Shown piece after piece: positions 10,469 through 23,739 of a stretch of 64,000 nucleotides of DNA. Under the pieces are notes generated by a model. It ran no database searches, was not told the origin of the DNA, and was given only the letters and a program-made list of their open reading frames with translations. The stretch's first letter is position 1, and every line of letters starts with the position of its first letter. Made by a program: the position numbers and the translations under genes. The stretch comes from an uncultured Candidatus Saccharibacteria bacterium (GTDB lineage Bacteria > Patescibacteriota > CPR2 > UBA1875 > CAIMLA01). Location: contig CAZXMN010000001.1 in NCBI GenBank assembly GCA_964641375.1, positions 91,464 through 155,463 on the forward strand. The letters are read 5' to 3'.

Positions 10469-10582
10469 CTAATCCTCTTCGTAGAGATCCTGGTAAAGAT
10501 GAACAAGCGCCTCGAGGGCAACTAAGACCATGACAGCACCTGCGGCGATTACCACGACGATAGCCCATCCCCACCAAGGCAT
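10469..10582 (-). CDS. Micro membrane protein (37 aa, below ORF-track cutoff)
   Basis: Manual translation MPWWGWAIVVVIAAGAVMVLVALEALVHLYQDLYEED* after GGGGG SD. Confidence 0.55.
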   Translation of the reverse strand: MPWWGWAIVVVIAAGAVMVLVALEALVHLYQDLYEED

Positions 10583-10642
10583 GATTCCCCCAGTTTTCTC
10601 AGGTACGCGCCGCCAGGCGCGAACACTTGGCTTTGTGCCGTG

Positions 10643-10671
10643 ATTATAATGCAGAAATGAATTATTTGCAA
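10643..10671 (-). promoter_or_regulatory. sigma70 promoter of micro-protein cassette
   Basis: TTGCAA-17-TATAAT on minus strand. Confidence 0.7.
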
Positions 10672-10672
10672 T

Positions 10673-10703
10673 AATAAAAGAGGCCTGGAAGGCCTCTTTT
10701 ATT
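10673..10703 (-). terminator. Intrinsic terminator after fusA
   Basis: aataaaagaggcc-tggaa-ggcctcttttatt. Confidence 0.85.
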
Positions 10704-10729
10704 TGAACAAATTATTTATTCAATAATTA

Positions 10730-12820
10730 TTACTCTGCCTGTTTCTTGCCACGTTTGGCAATAATTTCAACCGCAACGTTACCAGGAACTTCCTCGTAAT
10801 GATCAAATTCCATGGTACTAGTACCACGACCTTGGGTCATAGAACGAAGGTTCGTTGCATAACCAAACATTTCGGCTAGTGGCACGAATGCGTCCACAAT
10901 TTTGGCATTACCACGATCGGACATTTGTTGGATGCGACCACGTTTCGAGTTCAAATCGCCCATAATATCACCCATGTATTCCTCTGGAACAGTAACTTCA
11001 ACTTTCATGATAGGCTCAAGTATAATAGGAGTCGCTTTACGGACACCTTCTTGTACAGCCATGGAACCGGCGATTTTGAAGGCCATTTCATTCGAGTCAA
11101 CTTCATGGAAAGAGCCATCATAAAGCGTGACTTTGACGTCAACAACCGGATAACCAGCAATGACACCGTTATCAAGCGCCTCTTTGACACCGTTTTGAAC
11201 TGGATTGATGTATTCCTTCGGAATTGCGCCACCAACGATCTTGTTGATGAATTCGAAACCAGCGCCCTGTTCGTTTGGTTCTACTTCAAGCCAAACATGA
11301 CCATATTGACCACGACCACCTGATTGACGGATGAACTTACCTTCTTGTTTGACACTTGATTTGATAGTCTCGCGATACGCAACCTGAGGGCGTCCGACAT
11401 TGGCCTCAACCTTGAATTCACGTTTCATACGGTCAACGATAATATCGAGATGAAGTTCGCCCATACCGGCAATAATAGTTTGGCCGGTTTCCTCGTCAGA
11501 ATGAACTCGGAAAGTTGGATCTTCTTCAGCCAGTCTAGAGAGTGCGATACCCATTTTCTCTTGATCAGCCTTGGTCTTTGGCTCGATAGCCACCTGGATA
11601 ACCGGTTCTGGGAAAGTAATGTTTTCTAGAAGAACTGGATGTGCAGGATCACAAATCGTATTACCAGTTAAAGTATTTTTGAGACCTACTGCAGCAGCAA
11701 TCTCGCCCGCATACACTTCACTCACCTCTTCACGAGTATTGGCATGCATACGAACGATACGTCCGATACGCTCTTTCTCACCTGAAGCTACATTCAAAAC
11801 ATAACTACCAGAAGTGAGTTTACCGCGATAAACACGAAGGAAAGCCAGTTTACCGACGAACGGATCAGCAGCAATTTTGAAAACAAGACCGCAGAATGGA
11901 CCTTCGTCAGATGTTTCAACATCAACTTCTTCACCTGTCTTTGGATCCTCACCCTTTGCAGGTGGAACTTCTAGCGGACTTGGCAGATAATCAATCACGG
12001 CGTCAAGCATCGGCTGGACACCTTTATTCTTGAGTGCGGTACCGGCAAAAACACCAACAATATCACCCTTAATAGTAGCCGTACGCATAGCAGCTTTGAG
12101 TTCACCGACACTAGGCTCAACGCCCTCGAAGAATTTCTCTAATAGTGCGTCGTCGGTTTCGGAAATTTTTTCTACCATCACAGCACGGAATTCTTTGGCC
12201 TTATCTAGCATATCAGCAGGGACTTCAGCAATATGCTGTTCCTTGCCCATATCTTCATTACCGTAGTTAATTGACTTCATTTCCATGAGGTCAATAACGC
12301 CGGAAAAACCGGATTCCATACCGATAGGCAGCTGCATTGCTACAGCGTTAGCTCCAAGACGGTCTTTGATAGATTCAAGTGACATATAGAAATCAGCACC
12401 GATAGCATCGAGCTTGTTGACAAAAGCAATACGTGGAACGTTATATTTATCAGCTTGACGCCAAACAGTCTCCGACTGTGGTTCAACACCGTTTTTACCG
12501 TCAAAGACCACTACAGCGCCATCAAGTACACGAAGAGAACGCTCAACCTCAACTGTGAAGTCTACGTGTCCTGGTGTATCAATAATGTTGATGCGATGAT
12601 CATGCCAGAAACAGGTTGTAGCAGCAGACGTGATAGTGATACCACGTTCTTGCTCTTGCTCCATCCAGTCCATAGTGGCAGCGCCTTCATGCACTTCACC
12701 AATTTTGTGAGTACGTCCGGTGTAGTAAAGGATACGCTCAGTGACCGTCGTTTTACCGGCGTCAATGTGAGCAGCAATTCCAATGTTACGCGTCTTGTCT
12801 AGTGAATATTCTCTAGGCAT
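10730..12820 (-). CDS. fusA: Elongation factor G
   Basis: [36 protein letters not shown]. Confidence 0.99.
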   Translation of the reverse strand: MPREYSLDKTRNIGIAAHIDAGKTTVTERILYYTGRTHKIGEVHEGAATMDWMEQEQERGITITSAATTCFWHDHRINIIDTPGHVDFTVEVERSLRVLDGAVVVFDGKNGVEPQSETVWRQADKYNVPRIAFVNKLDAIGADFYMSLESIKDRLGANAVAMQLPIGMESGFSGVIDLMEMKSINYGNEDMGKEQHIAEVPADMLDKAKEFRAVMVEKISETDDALLEKFFEGVEPSVGELKAAMRTATIKGDIVGVFAGTALKNKGVQPMLDAVIDYLPSPLEVPPAKGEDPKTGEEVDVETSDEGPFCGLVFKIAADPFVGKLAFLRVYRGKLTSGSYVLNVASGEKERIGRIVRMHANTREEVSEVYAGEIAAAVGLKNTLTGNTICDPAHPVLLENITFPEPVIQVAIEPKTKADQEKMGIALSRLAEEDPTFRVHSDEETGQTIIAGMGELHLDIIVDRMKREFKVEANVGRPQVAYRETIKSSVKQEGKFIRQSGGRGQYGHVWLEVEPNEQGAGFEFINKIVGGAIPKEYINPVQNGVKEALDNGVIAGYPVVDVKVTLYDGSFHEVDSNEMAFKIAGSMAVQEGVRKATPIILEPIMKVEVTVPEEYMGDIMGDLNSKRGRIQQMSDRGNAKIVDAFVPLAEMFGYATNLRSMTQGRGTSTMEFDHYEEVPGNVAVEIIAKRGKKQAE

Positions 12821-12836
12821 ATATCCCCTCTTTTAT

Positions 12837-13313
12837 TTAGTATCTTGCAAAATGAGCGAAGGCTTTATTGGCCTCGGCCATCTTGTGAGTATCTTCACGC
12901 TTCTTGATAGCTGTGCCAACGTTGTTGTATGCATCCACAATCTCAGTAGCTAAAGCTTTGTCGAAGGACATCCCTTTGCGTGAGCGAGCAGCATCACGAA
13001 GCCACATGAAAGCGTAATGGAGACGTCTGTCGCCTTTCACTTCCATTGGTACTTGGTAAGTCGCGCCACCAATACGGCGGGATTTAACCTGTACAACAGG
13101 TGAAATGTTCTTGATAGCGGTTTCGAAAACTTCGAGCCCTGGCTTCTGGGTCTTGTTGCCAGCCTCTTCGATAGCTCCGTAAACGAGTTTCTGAGCTAAG
13201 CTCTTTTTGCCATCAAGCATAACTTTGTTGATAAACTTAGCCACAAGAATGCTGTGATACTGGGCATCTGGCTTTAGTATTCTTTTTTCTACTTTTCTTG
13301 GATCTCTAGGCAT
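12837..13313 (-). CDS. rpsG: 30S ribosomal protein S7
   Basis: SRRIGGATYQVP, HKMAEANKAFAHF. Confidence 0.98.
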   Translation of the reverse strand: MPRDPRKVEKRILKPDAQYHSILVAKFINKVMLDGKKSLAQKLVYGAIEEAGNKTQKPGLEVFETAIKNISPVVQVKSRRIGGATYQVPMEVKGDRRLHYAFMWLRDAARSRKGMSFDKALATEIVDAYNNVGTAIKKREDTHKMAEANKAFAHFARY

Positions 13314-13323
13314 TTACTGCTCC

Positions 13324-13731
13324 TTATGCTTTCTTAGCGCCGTATTTACTACGACCTTGTTTGCGATTAGTAACCCCAGCAGCATCCAAGGTTCCTCTAA
13401 CGATATGATAACGTACACCTGGTAAGTCCTTTACGCGTCCGCCGCGAATCATGACCACACTATGCTCTTGCAAATTGTGACCAACACCGGGGATGTAAGC
13501 CGTAACTTCCATCTGGTTAGTAAGGCGTACACGAGCGATTTTACGTAAAGCCGAGTTTGGTTTCTTCGGGGTAGTCGTTGTAACTTTGACACATACTCCC
13601 CTTTTCTGAGGCGATGAATCTAGAGTGGCTCTATTCTTGAGCGCGTTAAAACCGCGTCCAAGAGCCGGCGACTTCGACTTTGAAACTTTACTTTTCCTTG
13701 GCTTACGAATTAATTGATTTATTGTTGGCAT
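13324..13731 (-). CDS. rpsL: 30S ribosomal protein S12
   Basis: [31 protein letters not shown]. Confidence 0.99.
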   Translation of the reverse strand: MPTINQLIRKPRKSKVSKSKSPALGRGFNALKNRATLDSSPQKRGVCVKVTTTTPKKPNSALRKIARVRLTNQMEVTAYIPGVGHNLQEHSVVMIRGGRVKDLPGVRYHIVRGTLDAAGVTNRKQGRSKYGAKKA

Positions 13732-13765
13732 TTTTCTCCTTGAAAATCTAATAGATTTTATCAGA

Positions 13766-16700
13766 TTATTTGTTTCTGGTCAATGATTGGGCAAAACCTG
13801 TCCCAGCCGGGATTAGCTTACCAATGATGACGTTTTCCTTTAGTCCTCTGAGATCGTCGACCTTTCCGGCAACGGCAGCCCCAATGAGAACACGACTGGT
13901 CTCTTGGAACGAAGCAGCTGATAGGAAACTATCCGTTGTAATTGATACTTTTGTGATAGACAGGAGTAGATTTGTGAATTCGGCTAGCATACTCTTCGCT
14001 GCCTTGGCTTTATTGTTTTCACGCTGCAGAGCAGAACGAGAAACGATTTCACCAGCAATGAAAGGAGTTGCTCCGGATTCATCGATGCGACAACGACTAA
14101 ACATCTGACGAATGATGACTTCGATGTGCTTGTCGTTGATTGTCTGACCCTGGGAAGCATATGTCTGTTGGACTTCGGTCATGATGTAGCGTTCGACAGC
14201 ATTCTCACCCATCAACTTCAGTGCGTCTTGTAAGTTCCATGAACCTTCAGTGATTTGAGTACCAACTTCAACAGCGTCGCCATTCTTGACATAGACACCA
14301 ACCTGAGAGGGTACTTCATAAGATTTAACTTCAGCGTCTCGGACCACGTGAATTTGACCGTCTTTCAGTTTGACTGTACCACTATTCTTGGCTTTCATCG
14401 GCTTCTTGCCATCTTCTTTTGATGCGAGTACGTCCTTCGGCTCAACAAACTGATTATTCTTGACTTGAACTTTAAGCTCACCAACGTCATAGACATCTTC
14501 TGTCAGAACATCAGAAACAATATCAATTTTATGTTTACCCTTGGCTGTTTCTACTCTGATCTTACCTGAAATTTCAGCGAGAATAGCCTGACCCTTTGGC
14601 TGACGAGCTTCAAATAGCTCTTCAACACGAGGTAGACCTTGAGTGATATCAACGCCAGCAATACCACCAGCATGGAACGTACGCATCGTTAGCTGAGTTC
14701 CTGGCTCACCAATGGATTGAGCTGCAATAATTCCGACAGCCTCACCGAGAGCGATTAGACCACCACGAGCAAGGTCGGAACCATAACATTTTTGGCAAAC
14801 TCCCCAAACTGATTCGCAAGTAAGCGCGGAACGAATTGTTACTGAGTCTATATTTGCTTTATCAAGTTTGGCAAAGTCTTCTAGAGTAACTAGTGAACCC
14901 TTTTTGAGAACAATCTCACCGGTCTTAGAATCAACAGCATCCTTAGCGAGAACACGGCTGATAACACGAGCAGCAAAATCTTCACCAATCTTCGATGAAT
15001 CACTCTTCATAATCACAGTACCACTCTTGGTGCCGCAATCATTTTCGCTAACAACAACTTCCTGAGCTACATCCACCAGACGACGAGTCAAATAACCAGA
15101 GTCAGACGTCTTGAGAGCCGTATCGGATAGACCCTTACGAGCACCATGTGTAGACGAGAAGTATTCTAGAGAAGAAAGACCTTCCTTATAGTTTGATTTG
15201 ATTGGGAACTCAATAGTACGCCCGGAAGCATTAACCACAAGGCCTTTCATACCGGCCATCTGTGCCATCTGTGAGATATTACCACGAGCTCCAGAATTCA
15301 TCATAACAGCGGCAGATGATCTTGAATCCATTTGCTTTTCCATCGCATTCATGACTTCATCACGAGCTTCCATCCAAATCTCAAGTACCTTGGCGTATTT
15401 TTCGTCTTCAGTGATGAGACCTTGATTATATTGCGCAAAGACTTGATTCTCTCTGTCGCCAAATTTGGCGAGAATTTCTTCTTTGTTATCAGGGATATGA
15501 AAGTCATCCATCGACATCGAGATGCCCGAAAGTGTGGAATACTCGAAACCAAGTGTTTTCATCTTATCAACAAAAACTACTGTCTCTTCTTGCCCATAAT
15601 TACGGAAGATTGTCTCAATAATTGTTGTCAACTTCTTGGAAGTTTGTGGTTCATTGAGGAAAGGATAAGTAGCTGGCAGGATCTCATTGAAGAGAATTCT
15701 ACCAACTGTAGTTTCAGTCAGGTCAGCATCGATAGGATTAATACGAACTTTAACCTTGGATCTGACACCGATTTCACCAACATTATAGGCATAAATAACC
15801 TCGTTTGTGTTGGAGTAAGCTTTAACTTCTTTCTGGTCGGTATCTTCGACAGTCATCCAATATGTACCAAGAACGATATCTTGAGATGGCTTAACTACAG
15901 GTTCGCCTGCAGCAGGCTTAAGAAGATTCTTCGTCGAAAGCATGATTTCAGCTGCTTCTTTTTGAGATTGGATCGAAAGAGGCACATGAACGGCCATTTG
16001 GTCACCGTCAAAGTCAGCGTTGAAGGCTGAACACACAAGAGGATGAATCTGAATGGCTTTACCTTCGATTAGAACCGGCTTGAAAGCCTGAATACCAAGA
16101 CGATGAAGGGTTGGAGCACGATTTAGGAGTACGTACTTTCCGGCGATCACTGAATCAAGTGCATCCCAAACTTCATTTCGACTTCGTTCAATCATACGTG
16201 AAGCGCTCTTCACATTATGTGCAATCCCATCAGTGATGAGTTTCGAGATAACAAAAGGTTTGAAAAGCTCGAGAGCCATCATCTTTGGCAGGCCACACTG
16301 GTCCAGTTTGAGCTCAGGACCGACGACGATAACCGAACGACCTGAATAGTCGACACGTTTACCGAGTAGATTTTGACGGAAACGACCCTGTTTACCCTTG
16401 AGCATATCAGCAAGTGAGCGAAGCTTCTTGCGGCTTGTAGCCATTGAAACATTCTTATCACGACGGGCGCTGTTATCGATCAGAGCATCAACGGCTTCCT
16501 GCAACATACGTTTTTCATTACGGCAGATAACTTCAGGTGCGTCCATATCGAGTAACTTCTTGAGACGTGTATTACGGTTTATCACACGACGATAAAGATC
16601 GTTCAAGTCAGAAGTAGCAAAACGACCACCATCAAGCTGAACCATAGGACGTAAATCCGGTGGAATAACTGGCATTACAGTCATAATCATCCATTCAGGT

Positions 16701-17524
16701 TTGATTCCGGCACTAATGAAACCTTCAATAAGTTTCAGTCTCTTGATAGCTTTCTTTCTCTTCACACCCTGTGAACCATCAACTTCATCACGAAGTTGTT
16801 TGACGAGAACCTCTAAGTCAATCTTTTCAAGTAGGAGTTTGATAGCTTCGGCACCAATACTAGCTGTGAAAATCTCACCATATTTTAGCGAGAAATCACG
16901 GTATTTGGACTCGGAAATAATCTCGAGTGGCAAAATCTGTGAAATTTCATCACGGGCTGTTGAACGATAATGTTCGAGTTCATCAATCTGTTTATCACGA
17001 CTTTCAACATCTTTTTCAGTTGCTTCAATTTCAGCTTTTCTAGTTTTGAATTCTTCATCAATTTGTTTCTTAGCAGCTGCTTTTGCTTCCTCATCAACGG
17101 TTAGAATAATGTAATTCGCAAAATAGGCAACTTTTTCCAAATCACGGGCTGACATATTGAGAGTCAGACCGATAGAACTCGGTACACCACGAAGGAACCA
17201 GATATGTGTAACAGGAACAGCCAGTTTAATGTGGCCCATACGTTCACGACGAACGATAGAGCGAGTGACTTCAACGCCACAACGATCGCAAACCACACCC
17301 TTATAACGGATTCTCTTGTATTTACCGCAGTAACATTCCCAGTCTTTCGCAGGACCGAAAATCTTCTCACAGAAAAGTCCGTCTTTTTCAGGCTTTAGAG
17401 TTCTATAATTAATCGTCTCCGGTTTGGTAACCTCACCGTGCGACCAATCAAGAATCTGCTTTGGTGAAGCGATTGAAAGCTTAATAGCTTTGAAAGTATC
17501 GTTTTTTGTTTCGCTTATAATCAC
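13766..17524 (-). CDS. rpoC: RNA polymerase beta' subunit
   Basis: [12 protein letters not shown] catalytic motif, Zn finger CYCGKYK...CDRC. Confidence 0.99.
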   Translation of the reverse strand: MIISETKNDTFKAIKLSIASPKQILDWSHGEVTKPETINYRTLKPEKDGLFCEKIFGPAKDWECYCGKYKRIRYKGVVCDRCGVEVTRSIVRRERMGHIKLAVPVTHIWFLRGVPSSIGLTLNMSARDLEKVAYFANYIILTVDEEAKAAAKKQIDEEFKTRKAEIEATEKDVESRDKQIDELEHYRSTARDEISQILPLEIISESKYRDFSLKYGEIFTASIGAEAIKLLLEKIDLEVLVKQLRDEVDGSQGVKRKKAIKRLKLIEGFISAGIKPEWMIMTVMPVIPPDLRPMVQLDGGRFATSDLNDLYRRVINRNTRLKKLLDMDAPEVICRNEKRMLQEAVDALIDNSARRDKNVSMATSRKKLRSLADMLKGKQGRFRQNLLGKRVDYSGRSVIVVGPELKLDQCGLPKMMALELFKPFVISKLITDGIAHNVKSASRMIERSRNEVWDALDSVIAGKYVLLNRAPTLHRLGIQAFKPVLIEGKAIQIHPLVCSAFNADFDGDQMAVHVPLSIQSQKEAAEIMLSTKNLLKPAAGEPVVKPSQDIVLGTYWMTVEDTDQKEVKAYSNTNEVIYAYNVGEIGVRSKVKVRINPIDADLTETTVGRILFNEILPATYPFLNEPQTSKKLTTIIETIFRNYGQEETVVFVDKMKTLGFEYSTLSGISMSMDDFHIPDNKEEILAKFGDRENQVFAQYNQGLITEDEKYAKVLEIWMEARDEVMNAMEKQMDSRSSAAVMMNSGARGNISQMAQMAGMKGLVVNASGRTIEFPIKSNYKEGLSSLEYFSSTHGARKGLSDTALKTSDSGYLTRRLVDVAQEVVVSENDCGTKSGTVIMKSDSSKIGEDFAARVISRVLAKDAVDSKTGEIVLKKGSLVTLEDFAKLDKANIDSVTIRSALTCESVWGVCQKCYGSDLARGGLIALGEAVGIIAAQSIGEPGTQLTMRTFHAGGIAGVDITQGLPRVEELFEARQPKGQAILAEISGKIRVETAKGKHKIDIVSDVLTEDVYDVGELKVQVKNNQFVEPKDVLASKEDGKKPMKAKNSGTVKLKDGQIHVVRDAEVKSYEVPSQVGVYVKNGDAVEVGTQITEGSWNLQDALKLMGENAVERYIMTEVQQTYASQGQTINDKHIEVIIRQMFSRCRIDESGATPFIAGEIVSRSALQRENNKAKAAKSMLAEFTNLLLSITKVSITTDSFLSAASFQETSRVLIGAAVAGKVDDLRGLKENVIIGKLIPAGTGFAQSLTRNK

Positions 17525-17525
17525 T

Positions 17526-20500
17526 TTATTTCTCCTCTGTTACTTCTTCTAGTGCTTCGAAGTCGTCGACCGAGTGTTCATCTTCTATATCTACAGCAGG
17601 AAGTTCTTTTTCAGCTTCATCTCCTACCATCAGGTTTGAGTTCTTGAGAACGTCAATGTCCTCTTCGTAACTCTCTTCTATAAGTTGTTCAGCCTCGAGA
17701 GTAACCTCTCCGCCGGCTTTTTCTTCTTGAATCAAATCAACATCCAACCCTAAACCTTGCAGTTCTTTTACAAGAACATTGAATGATTCTGGGATACGAG
17801 GTTCTTTGATATCTTCTCCTTTGATAACAGACTCATAAGCCTTCGAACGTCCGATAACATCATCAGATTTAATGGTCAGAATTTCCTGAAGTGTATGAGC
17901 GGCACCATAAGCTTCAAGTGCCCATACTTCCATTTCCCCAAATCTCTGTCCACCAAACTGAGCTTTACCACCAAGAGGTTGCTGTGTAACCATAGCGTAA
18001 GGCCCGATTGAACGAGCGTGAATCTTGTCTTCAACGAGATGAAGTAGTTTCAAGAAATATTTATATCCAACCACGGTTCTCTCAACGAATGGTTCTCCGG
18101 TACGGCCATCATAAAGCTGGACGCGACCATCTTCTGGAAGTCCGGCTTCAGATAGAAGTCCCTTGATCTGATCAATAGTGACACCATTGAAGACCGGTGA
18201 AGCAATCTTGATACCAAGTGCTTGTGCGGCCCAGCCAAGATGTGTCTCCAAAACCTGTCCGAAGTTCAAACGAGAAGAAATACCTTGAGGATTCAGTAAA
18301 ACGTCTAGCGGAGTACCATCTTCAAGATATGGCATGTCTTCAACCGGCAATATACGAGCGATAACGCCTTTATTACCATGACGTCCAGCCATCTTGTCTC
18401 CGACAGCAATCTTGCGCATCTGAGCAACCATAACATAAACTTGCATGATTACGCCGGCAGGAAGTTCATCGCCTTTGTCGCGACTCTTGACGCCAATATT
18501 GACAACTTTACCGTGAACTCCAGGTGGAACGCGAAGAGAACTGTCTTTCACATCTCTGGCTTTTTCACCAAAGATTGCGCGCAGTAATCTTTCTTCAGCC
18601 GTAAGTTCAGTTTCACCCTTTGGTGTAATCTTACCAACAAGGATGTCACCAGCGACAACTTCAGCACCGGTAGAAACAACGCCTTCTTCATCGAGATCGC
18701 GAAGTGCGTCTTCACCAACATTTGGAATATCCCGAGTAATAACTTCAGGCCCTAGCTTGGTATCACGAACATCAATATGGAATTCTTCAAGATGGATTGA
18801 TGTATAGCGGTCATCTTTGACGAGCCTCTCTGAGAGAATGATGGCATCTTCAAAGTTATTACCACCCCAGCACATAAAGCCGACGAGAACATTCTGACCA
18901 AGAGCAAGTTCTCCACCTTCGATAGCAGCGCCGTCCACGAGTAGATCACCTTTTTTGAATTTATCCCCCTTGGATACTGCAGGTCTTTGATTAATACAAG
19001 TATCACTGTTTGTCTGAGCAAATTTGTCTAACAAAATAATTTCTTCTTTGCCATCGCTATATTTTACCTTTATGGAATCTGCAGTTGCTGAAAGTACTTC
19101 GCCGGCTGCACGTGCTAGAGCAACTTGGCCAGAGTCTTCAGCGACCTTAGCCTCATTACCGGTTCCAACGATTGGAGCCTGTGGTTTGATGACAGAAACA
19201 GCCTGACGTTGCATATTAGCACCCATCAAAGCGCGACGAGCATCATCATGTTCAACAAAAGGAATGAGTGAAGTCGAAATACTATAAGGCTGCTCAGTAG
19301 CCACGTCGATATAATCAATTTCTTCGACTTTAACTTCATCGGCCTCACCATTTCTACGAGCAATAGCAGTTTTCTCTAGGAAATAACCCTTTTCATCGAC
19401 TAATGTCTTTGCCTGAGCGATGATACATTTTTCTTCGTCATCGGCAGCTAGATAATCAACTTCGTTCGTAGCACGTGGCTTACCGTTTTTGTCTTTTTCA
19501 ACTTTGCGATAAGGAGTTTCAATAAAACCATAACTATTAATCTTAGCGAATGATGCCATTGCGTTCACAAGTCCGATATTTGGTCCTTCCGGAGTCTCAA
19601 TTGGACAAATGCGACCGTAGTGTGTTTTGTGTACGTCACGAACTTCAAAACCGGCTCGCTCGCGGGACAGGCCACCTGGCCCGAGTGAGCTGAGACGTCT
19701 TTTGTGAGCAAGTTCAGTCAAAGGATTGGTCTGATCCATAAATTGTGATAATTGTGAACTAGCGAAAAATTCGCGAACTGCAGCAACTATAGGACGGACA
19801 TTAATCAGTTGACTTGCGGTCACGGTCTCAAGATCGTAAATAGACATACGATCTTTTATGTTTCTTTCAGTACGAGCTAGCCCGATACGGAATTTCTGTT
19901 GAATAAGTTCGCCAACGGTTCGGACTCGACGATTTCCCATATGGTCAATGTCATCAGCGACGCCACCATTGTTGTTCAAAGTAATAATTTCCTTAACAAT
20001 GGCTACGAGGTCTTCACGTCTAAAGGCACGATTCTCACGAGTATTCTTAATATCAGTATTGAGGCGTTTGTTCATTTTGTAACGACCAACTCGAGAAAGG
20101 TCATATTTCTTAACATCGAAGAATAGCCCTTCGACGAAGCTACGAGCGTTCTCAACGGTGGCTAAATCACCAGGACGAATACGTTTGTAGACTTCTACAA
20201 AAGCTTCACCTTGGTTGCTTGCAGGGTCTTTTTCGAGGGTGTTGGCAATAAAATCACGCTCTTTATTGGTGTTTACATCATGGAAAAGAGCTTTAATTTC
20301 TTCATCTGTGCCATAACCAAATGCACGAAGAAGCGTTGTGATAGGGATTTTTCTCTTGCGATCAATTTTTGCATAAATACCGTCCTGGGCAGCAGTCTCG
20401 ATTTCAAGCCAAGCTCCGCGTCCAGGAATGACCTTGGCACCAAAAAGAGTACCAACATTGGCTTCTTCAGAAGTAAAGTACACTCCCGGAGAACGAACAA

Positions 20501-20921
20501 GTTGTGAAACAACGACACGTTCAACACCATTGATGATGAATGTACCGCGATCGGTCATAATAGGCATGTCACCAAGGAAAACTTCCTGGACTCTTTTCTT
20601 GCCTGTTTCTTTGATAGTTATTTCGACATTAGCTTTAAGTGGGGCTTCGTAAGTAACTTTCTTCTCTTTGGAAAGTTTCTCTGAATATTTTGCGTCCCCA
20701 AGCCAGTAGTCTTTGAAAGAAATCGACACTAGTTTACCAGTGTAGTCGTCGATCGGTGAAACTTCTTCGAAAAGCTCTGCTAGCCCTTCACGAAGAAACC
20801 ACTTGAAGCTGTCCGTCTGAATCTCGGTCAGATTCGGAAGCTGTAGAACGTCCGGGGATGGATTTAGGTATTTGCGTCCGAGCTTGGATTCGGAAGCAAA
20901 CTTGAGCTGATTTTTGGCCAT
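17526..20921 (-). CDS. rpoB: RNA polymerase beta subunit
   Basis: [40 protein letters not shown]. Confidence 0.99.
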   Translation of the reverse strand: MAKNQLKFASESKLGRKYLNPSPDVLQLPNLTEIQTDSFKWFLREGLAELFEEVSPIDDYTGKLVSISFKDYWLGDAKYSEKLSKEKKVTYEAPLKANVEITIKETGKKRVQEVFLGDMPIMTDRGTFIINGVERVVVSQLVRSPGVYFTSEEANVGTLFGAKVIPGRGAWLEIETAAQDGIYAKIDRKRKIPITTLLRAFGYGTDEEIKALFHDVNTNKERDFIANTLEKDPASNQGEAFVEVYKRIRPGDLATVENARSFVEGLFFDVKKYDLSRVGRYKMNKRLNTDIKNTRENRAFRREDLVAIVKEIITLNNNGGVADDIDHMGNRRVRTVGELIQQKFRIGLARTERNIKDRMSIYDLETVTASQLINVRPIVAAVREFFASSQLSQFMDQTNPLTELAHKRRLSSLGPGGLSRERAGFEVRDVHKTHYGRICPIETPEGPNIGLVNAMASFAKINSYGFIETPYRKVEKDKNGKPRATNEVDYLAADDEEKCIIAQAKTLVDEKGYFLEKTAIARRNGEADEVKVEEIDYIDVATEQPYSISTSLIPFVEHDDARRALMGANMQRQAVSVIKPQAPIVGTGNEAKVAEDSGQVALARAAGEVLSATADSIKVKYSDGKEEIILLDKFAQTNSDTCINQRPAVSKGDKFKKGDLLVDGAAIEGGELALGQNVLVGFMCWGGNNFEDAIILSERLVKDDRYTSIHLEEFHIDVRDTKLGPEVITRDIPNVGEDALRDLDEEGVVSTGAEVVAGDILVGKITPKGETELTAEERLLRAIFGEKARDVKDSSLRVPPGVHGKVVNIGVKSRDKGDELPAGVIMQVYVMVAQMRKIAVGDKMAGRHGNKGVIARILPVEDMPYLEDGTPLDVLLNPQGISSRLNFGQVLETHLGWAAQALGIKIASPVFNGVTIDQIKGLLSEAGLPEDGRVQLYDGRTGEPFVERTVVGYKYFLKLLHLVEDKIHARSIGPYAMVTQQPLGGKAQFGGQRFGEMEVWALEAYGAAHTLQEILTIKSDDVIGRSKAYESVIKGEDIKEPRIPESFNVLVKELQGLGLDVDLIQEEKAGGEVTLEAEQLIEESYEEDIDVLKNSNLMVGDEAEKELPAVDIEDEHSVDDFEALEEVTEEK

Positions 20922-21011
20922 AAAAATGCTCGCTCCTTATATTTATGTTAATAATTTCTAAGGGGTTTTTCGTAATTCTCGTTGTTTTTGAGCCCAAAAG
21001 CTGTACTCAGG

Positions 21012-21040
21012 AGTCTACTATATTTTGTATCTAATGTCAA
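21012..21040 (-). promoter_or_regulatory. Putative rpoB promoter
   Basis: TTGACA-17-TAGACT on minus strand. Confidence 0.6.
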
Positions 21041-21046
21041 CGTTTT

Positions 21047-22105
21047 TTATGGTGTCCAGTCCGTCTTTGCTGATAGGACTTCAATAAATGTAGCAACTAA
21101 TTTCGCCGCATTTTCCATATCTTCACTATCAGCGACTTCGCCTGGTGTGTGCATATATCTGACAGGAACACTGACAACTGCGGTCGCCATACCTGACTTA
21201 TTGAGCTGCATAATGAAAGCATCTGTACCTGAATCACCTCCACCGGCTTCGATCTGATAAGGAATCTTATTCTTTTTGGCAGTTTCAATAAGTATCTCAG
21301 CAAGTTTTGGAGTCGCATTGGCACCACGCAAGATTACCGGTCCTCTACCAAGTTCAATGTCACCATTTTTTGACTTATTGGCTGTCGGATAATCAATACC
21401 ATGGCACACATCGACTGCAATGCCCACTTCTGCGTCTACATTGAAGGCGGCTGTTCTAGCGCCCCTGCGGCCGACTTCTTCTTGAGTCGTTGCAACAGCC
21501 GAAACAGAAACGGCAATTTTTTTGTCAACAAGAAGGCGTAAAGTCTCCGCAATGACAAATACTCCAGCCTTATCATCAAAAGCCCTGGAGAGAATTTTAT
21601 TTCCGAGAAGCTTTTCGAGACCATAACTTACCGTCGCAGCATCTCCGATTGTTACTAATTTTTCGGCTTCCTTTTTGTCTTTTGCGCCAATATCGATCCA
21701 GAGATCAGAAAGTTTCAGGGCTTTTCCACGCTCTTCTCTCTCTAACATATGGATTGCTGTACGCCCAATAATGCCACGTACGAAACCTTTACTGGTATGA
21801 ATATCCACCCTGGCTCCAGGAAGAACACTGGGATCAATACCCCCTATTTCTTGAAAGTATAAAAAACCTTTGTCATCGATATAGTGAATAATCATTCCGA
21901 TTTCATCGATGTGCCCGGCTAACATTACTTTAGACCCGGCGGATGGATTTTTGACTGCGATTACACTTCCCATAACATCGGTAGTAACCTCATCGGCATA
22001 TTTCTTCACATAGTCACGATAAACTTTAGCTGCGGCACCTTCGTATCCCGATGGGCTTGGAGCATTTATTAGGTTTTCGAGAAAATTATACTGTTCTGTT
22101 TTCAT
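21047..22105 (-). CDS. M42 family aminopeptidase
   Basis: PSGYE, LAGHIDEIG, AFDDKAG, QEEVG, GTDA, RYMHT. Confidence 0.93.
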   Translation of the reverse strand: MKTEQYNFLENLINAPSPSGYEGAAAKVYRDYVKKYADEVTTDVMGSVIAVKNPSAGSKVMLAGHIDEIGMIIHYIDDKGFLYFQEIGGIDPSVLPGARVDIHTSKGFVRGIIGRTAIHMLEREERGKALKLSDLWIDIGAKDKKEAEKLVTIGDAATVSYGLEKLLGNKILSRAFDDKAGVFVIAETLRLLVDKKIAVSVSAVATTQEEVGRRGARTAAFNVDAEVGIAVDVCHGIDYPTANKSKNGDIELGRGPVILRGANATPKLAEILIETAKKNKIPYQIEAGGGDSGTDAFIMQLNKSGMATAVVSVPVRYMHTPGEVADSEDMENAAKLVATFIEVLSAKTDWTP

Positions 22106-22135
22106 TCTCTCCCCTTCTTGATTAAAAATTTTGAA

Positions 22136-23422
22136 TTATTTAGAACAAGTTTCGTAGAGATAGTCGAGGACTTTTTGTCCTACTACTGAATTCTCAATCT
22201 GATGTTTGGCCTCACTAGTTTGGAAATAATCTTCGGCTTGTTTAAGCTCAGGCCCTTGATAGATTTCTAGTTTACGTTTGATTGATTCATCAATTTCTTT
22301 TTCAGACGCAGTGTAGTTGCCAACTTTAGCAATATTTGTCAGGATAATACCGACCTTTACCCGTTTTTCAGCTTCAGGAGCCATCTCGGCTTCTATTTCT
22401 TCTTGGGTTTTCTTGGTAATTTCTAGATATTGAGCTAGTCCAATCCCTTGTTGTGCCAAATTACTTTCGGCTTCGTGCAACATTCTGTGCTGTTCTTGCT
22501 CTACGAGTGAACTGGGTGCCGTAAACTTTGTCTTCTCAACCAAGGCTCCTAAGATTTCGTCTTCTACACGACGCCTTTCCTGTAGTTCTTTGGTGAAAAT
22601 AAGCTGTTTCTCGATATCGGTTTTCAATCCTTCCATGTCTTTGAATGGTCCCACTTTTGCTGCAAATTCATCAGTCATCTCTGGTAAGATAATTTCTTCG
22701 ACAAAATGTAGTTTCACCCTAAAAGTTGCTTTCTTACCCTTCAGATTTTCGGCATGATAATCAGCTGGAAAAGAAACTTCGATATCCTTCTCCTCATCAG
22801 CCTTCATACCGACTACTTGCTCCTCAAATCCAGGAATAAAGTTCCCGGATCCTAGGACTAAGGGATGATTTTGACTTTTACCACCCTCAAATGGAACCCC
22901 ATCAATGAAACCTTCGAAGTCTATCTCGACTTTGTCGCCCAACTTTGCGGCACGTTCGACTTTGGTCGGAGTTGCTAGCTGTTTAGCAAGGTCATCTATG
23001 ACTTCCTGAATTTCCTTTTCGGTCACTTTGACAGCTTGCCTTTTAATCTGAATTTTCGTAAGATCTGGTAGTTTAATTTCCGGCATTATTTCAACCGTGG
23101 CTTCATAAGAAAGGCCATCGGTCGGCACAAATTTGAGAACCTTTACTTCTGGAGAACCGACTACCTCAAGTTTTTCACCAATGACGGCATCATAATATGA
23201 TTGCGGCAGAACAATATCGAGGATTTCGGCTTCGAAACGTTCGCTACCAATTTCCTTCTCCACAATGTTCTTTGGTGCTTTACCTGGACGAAAACCCGGA
23301 ATTTTCACAGTCGAAGCCAATTTTGCATAGACCTGTTCGCTTGCTAGGGCTATTTTTCCAGCCTCGACTTCTACTGTTAACTTTACTTTACCCTCTGAGA
23401 TATTTTCACGTGTTACTTTCAT
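22136..23422 (-). CDS. tig: Trigger factor
   Basis: IPGFRPGKAP signature, FKBP domain FIPGFEEQVVG. Confidence 0.97.
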   Translation of the reverse strand: MKVTRENISEGKVKLTVEVEAGKIALASEQVYAKLASTVKIPGFRPGKAPKNIVEKEIGSERFEAEILDIVLPQSYYDAVIGEKLEVVGSPEVKVLKFVPTDGLSYEATVEIMPEIKLPDLTKIQIKRQAVKVTEKEIQEVIDDLAKQLATPTKVERAAKLGDKVEIDFEGFIDGVPFEGGKSQNHPLVLGSGNFIPGFEEQVVGMKADEEKDIEVSFPADYHAENLKGKKATFRVKLHFVEEIILPEMTDEFAAKVGPFKDMEGLKTDIEKQLIFTKELQERRRVEDEILGALVEKTKFTAPSSLVEQEQHRMLHEAESNLAQQGIGLAQYLEITKKTQEEIEAEMAPEAEKRVKVGIILTNIAKVGNYTASEKEIDESIKRKLEIYQGPELKQAEDYFQTSEAKHQIENSVVGQKVLDYLYETCSK

Positions 23423-23739
23423 TATTTCAGTAGTCCTTCTGCTTTAGCTATTAAAGTATCTTCATCCTGAAGCCCAACAATGGTTTCGACAACTTCGCCG
23501 CCCTTATAAGTAATAATGGTAGGAATACTCATAACACCATATTTCATGGCGGTTACACGCGCTTCATCCACATTAAGTTTGGCAAATTTCACCTTGTCTT
23601 CGTATTTGGCACTTACCTCTTCAAAGATTGGCCCCATCATTTTACAAGGACCGCACCATTCGGCAAAAAAGTCGATTATAACTGGAATATTGCTTTTTAG
23701 TACTTCGGCCTCAAAATTTTCGTCAGTAATATTCGTCAT
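23422..23739 (-). CDS. trxA: Thioredoxin
   Basis: WCGPC active site. Confidence 0.97.
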   Translation of the reverse strand: MTNITDENFEAEVLKSNIPVIIDFFAEWCGPCKMMGPIFEEVSAKYEDKVKFAKLNVDEARVTAMKYGVMSIPTIITYKGGEVVETIVGLQDEDTLIAKAEGLLK

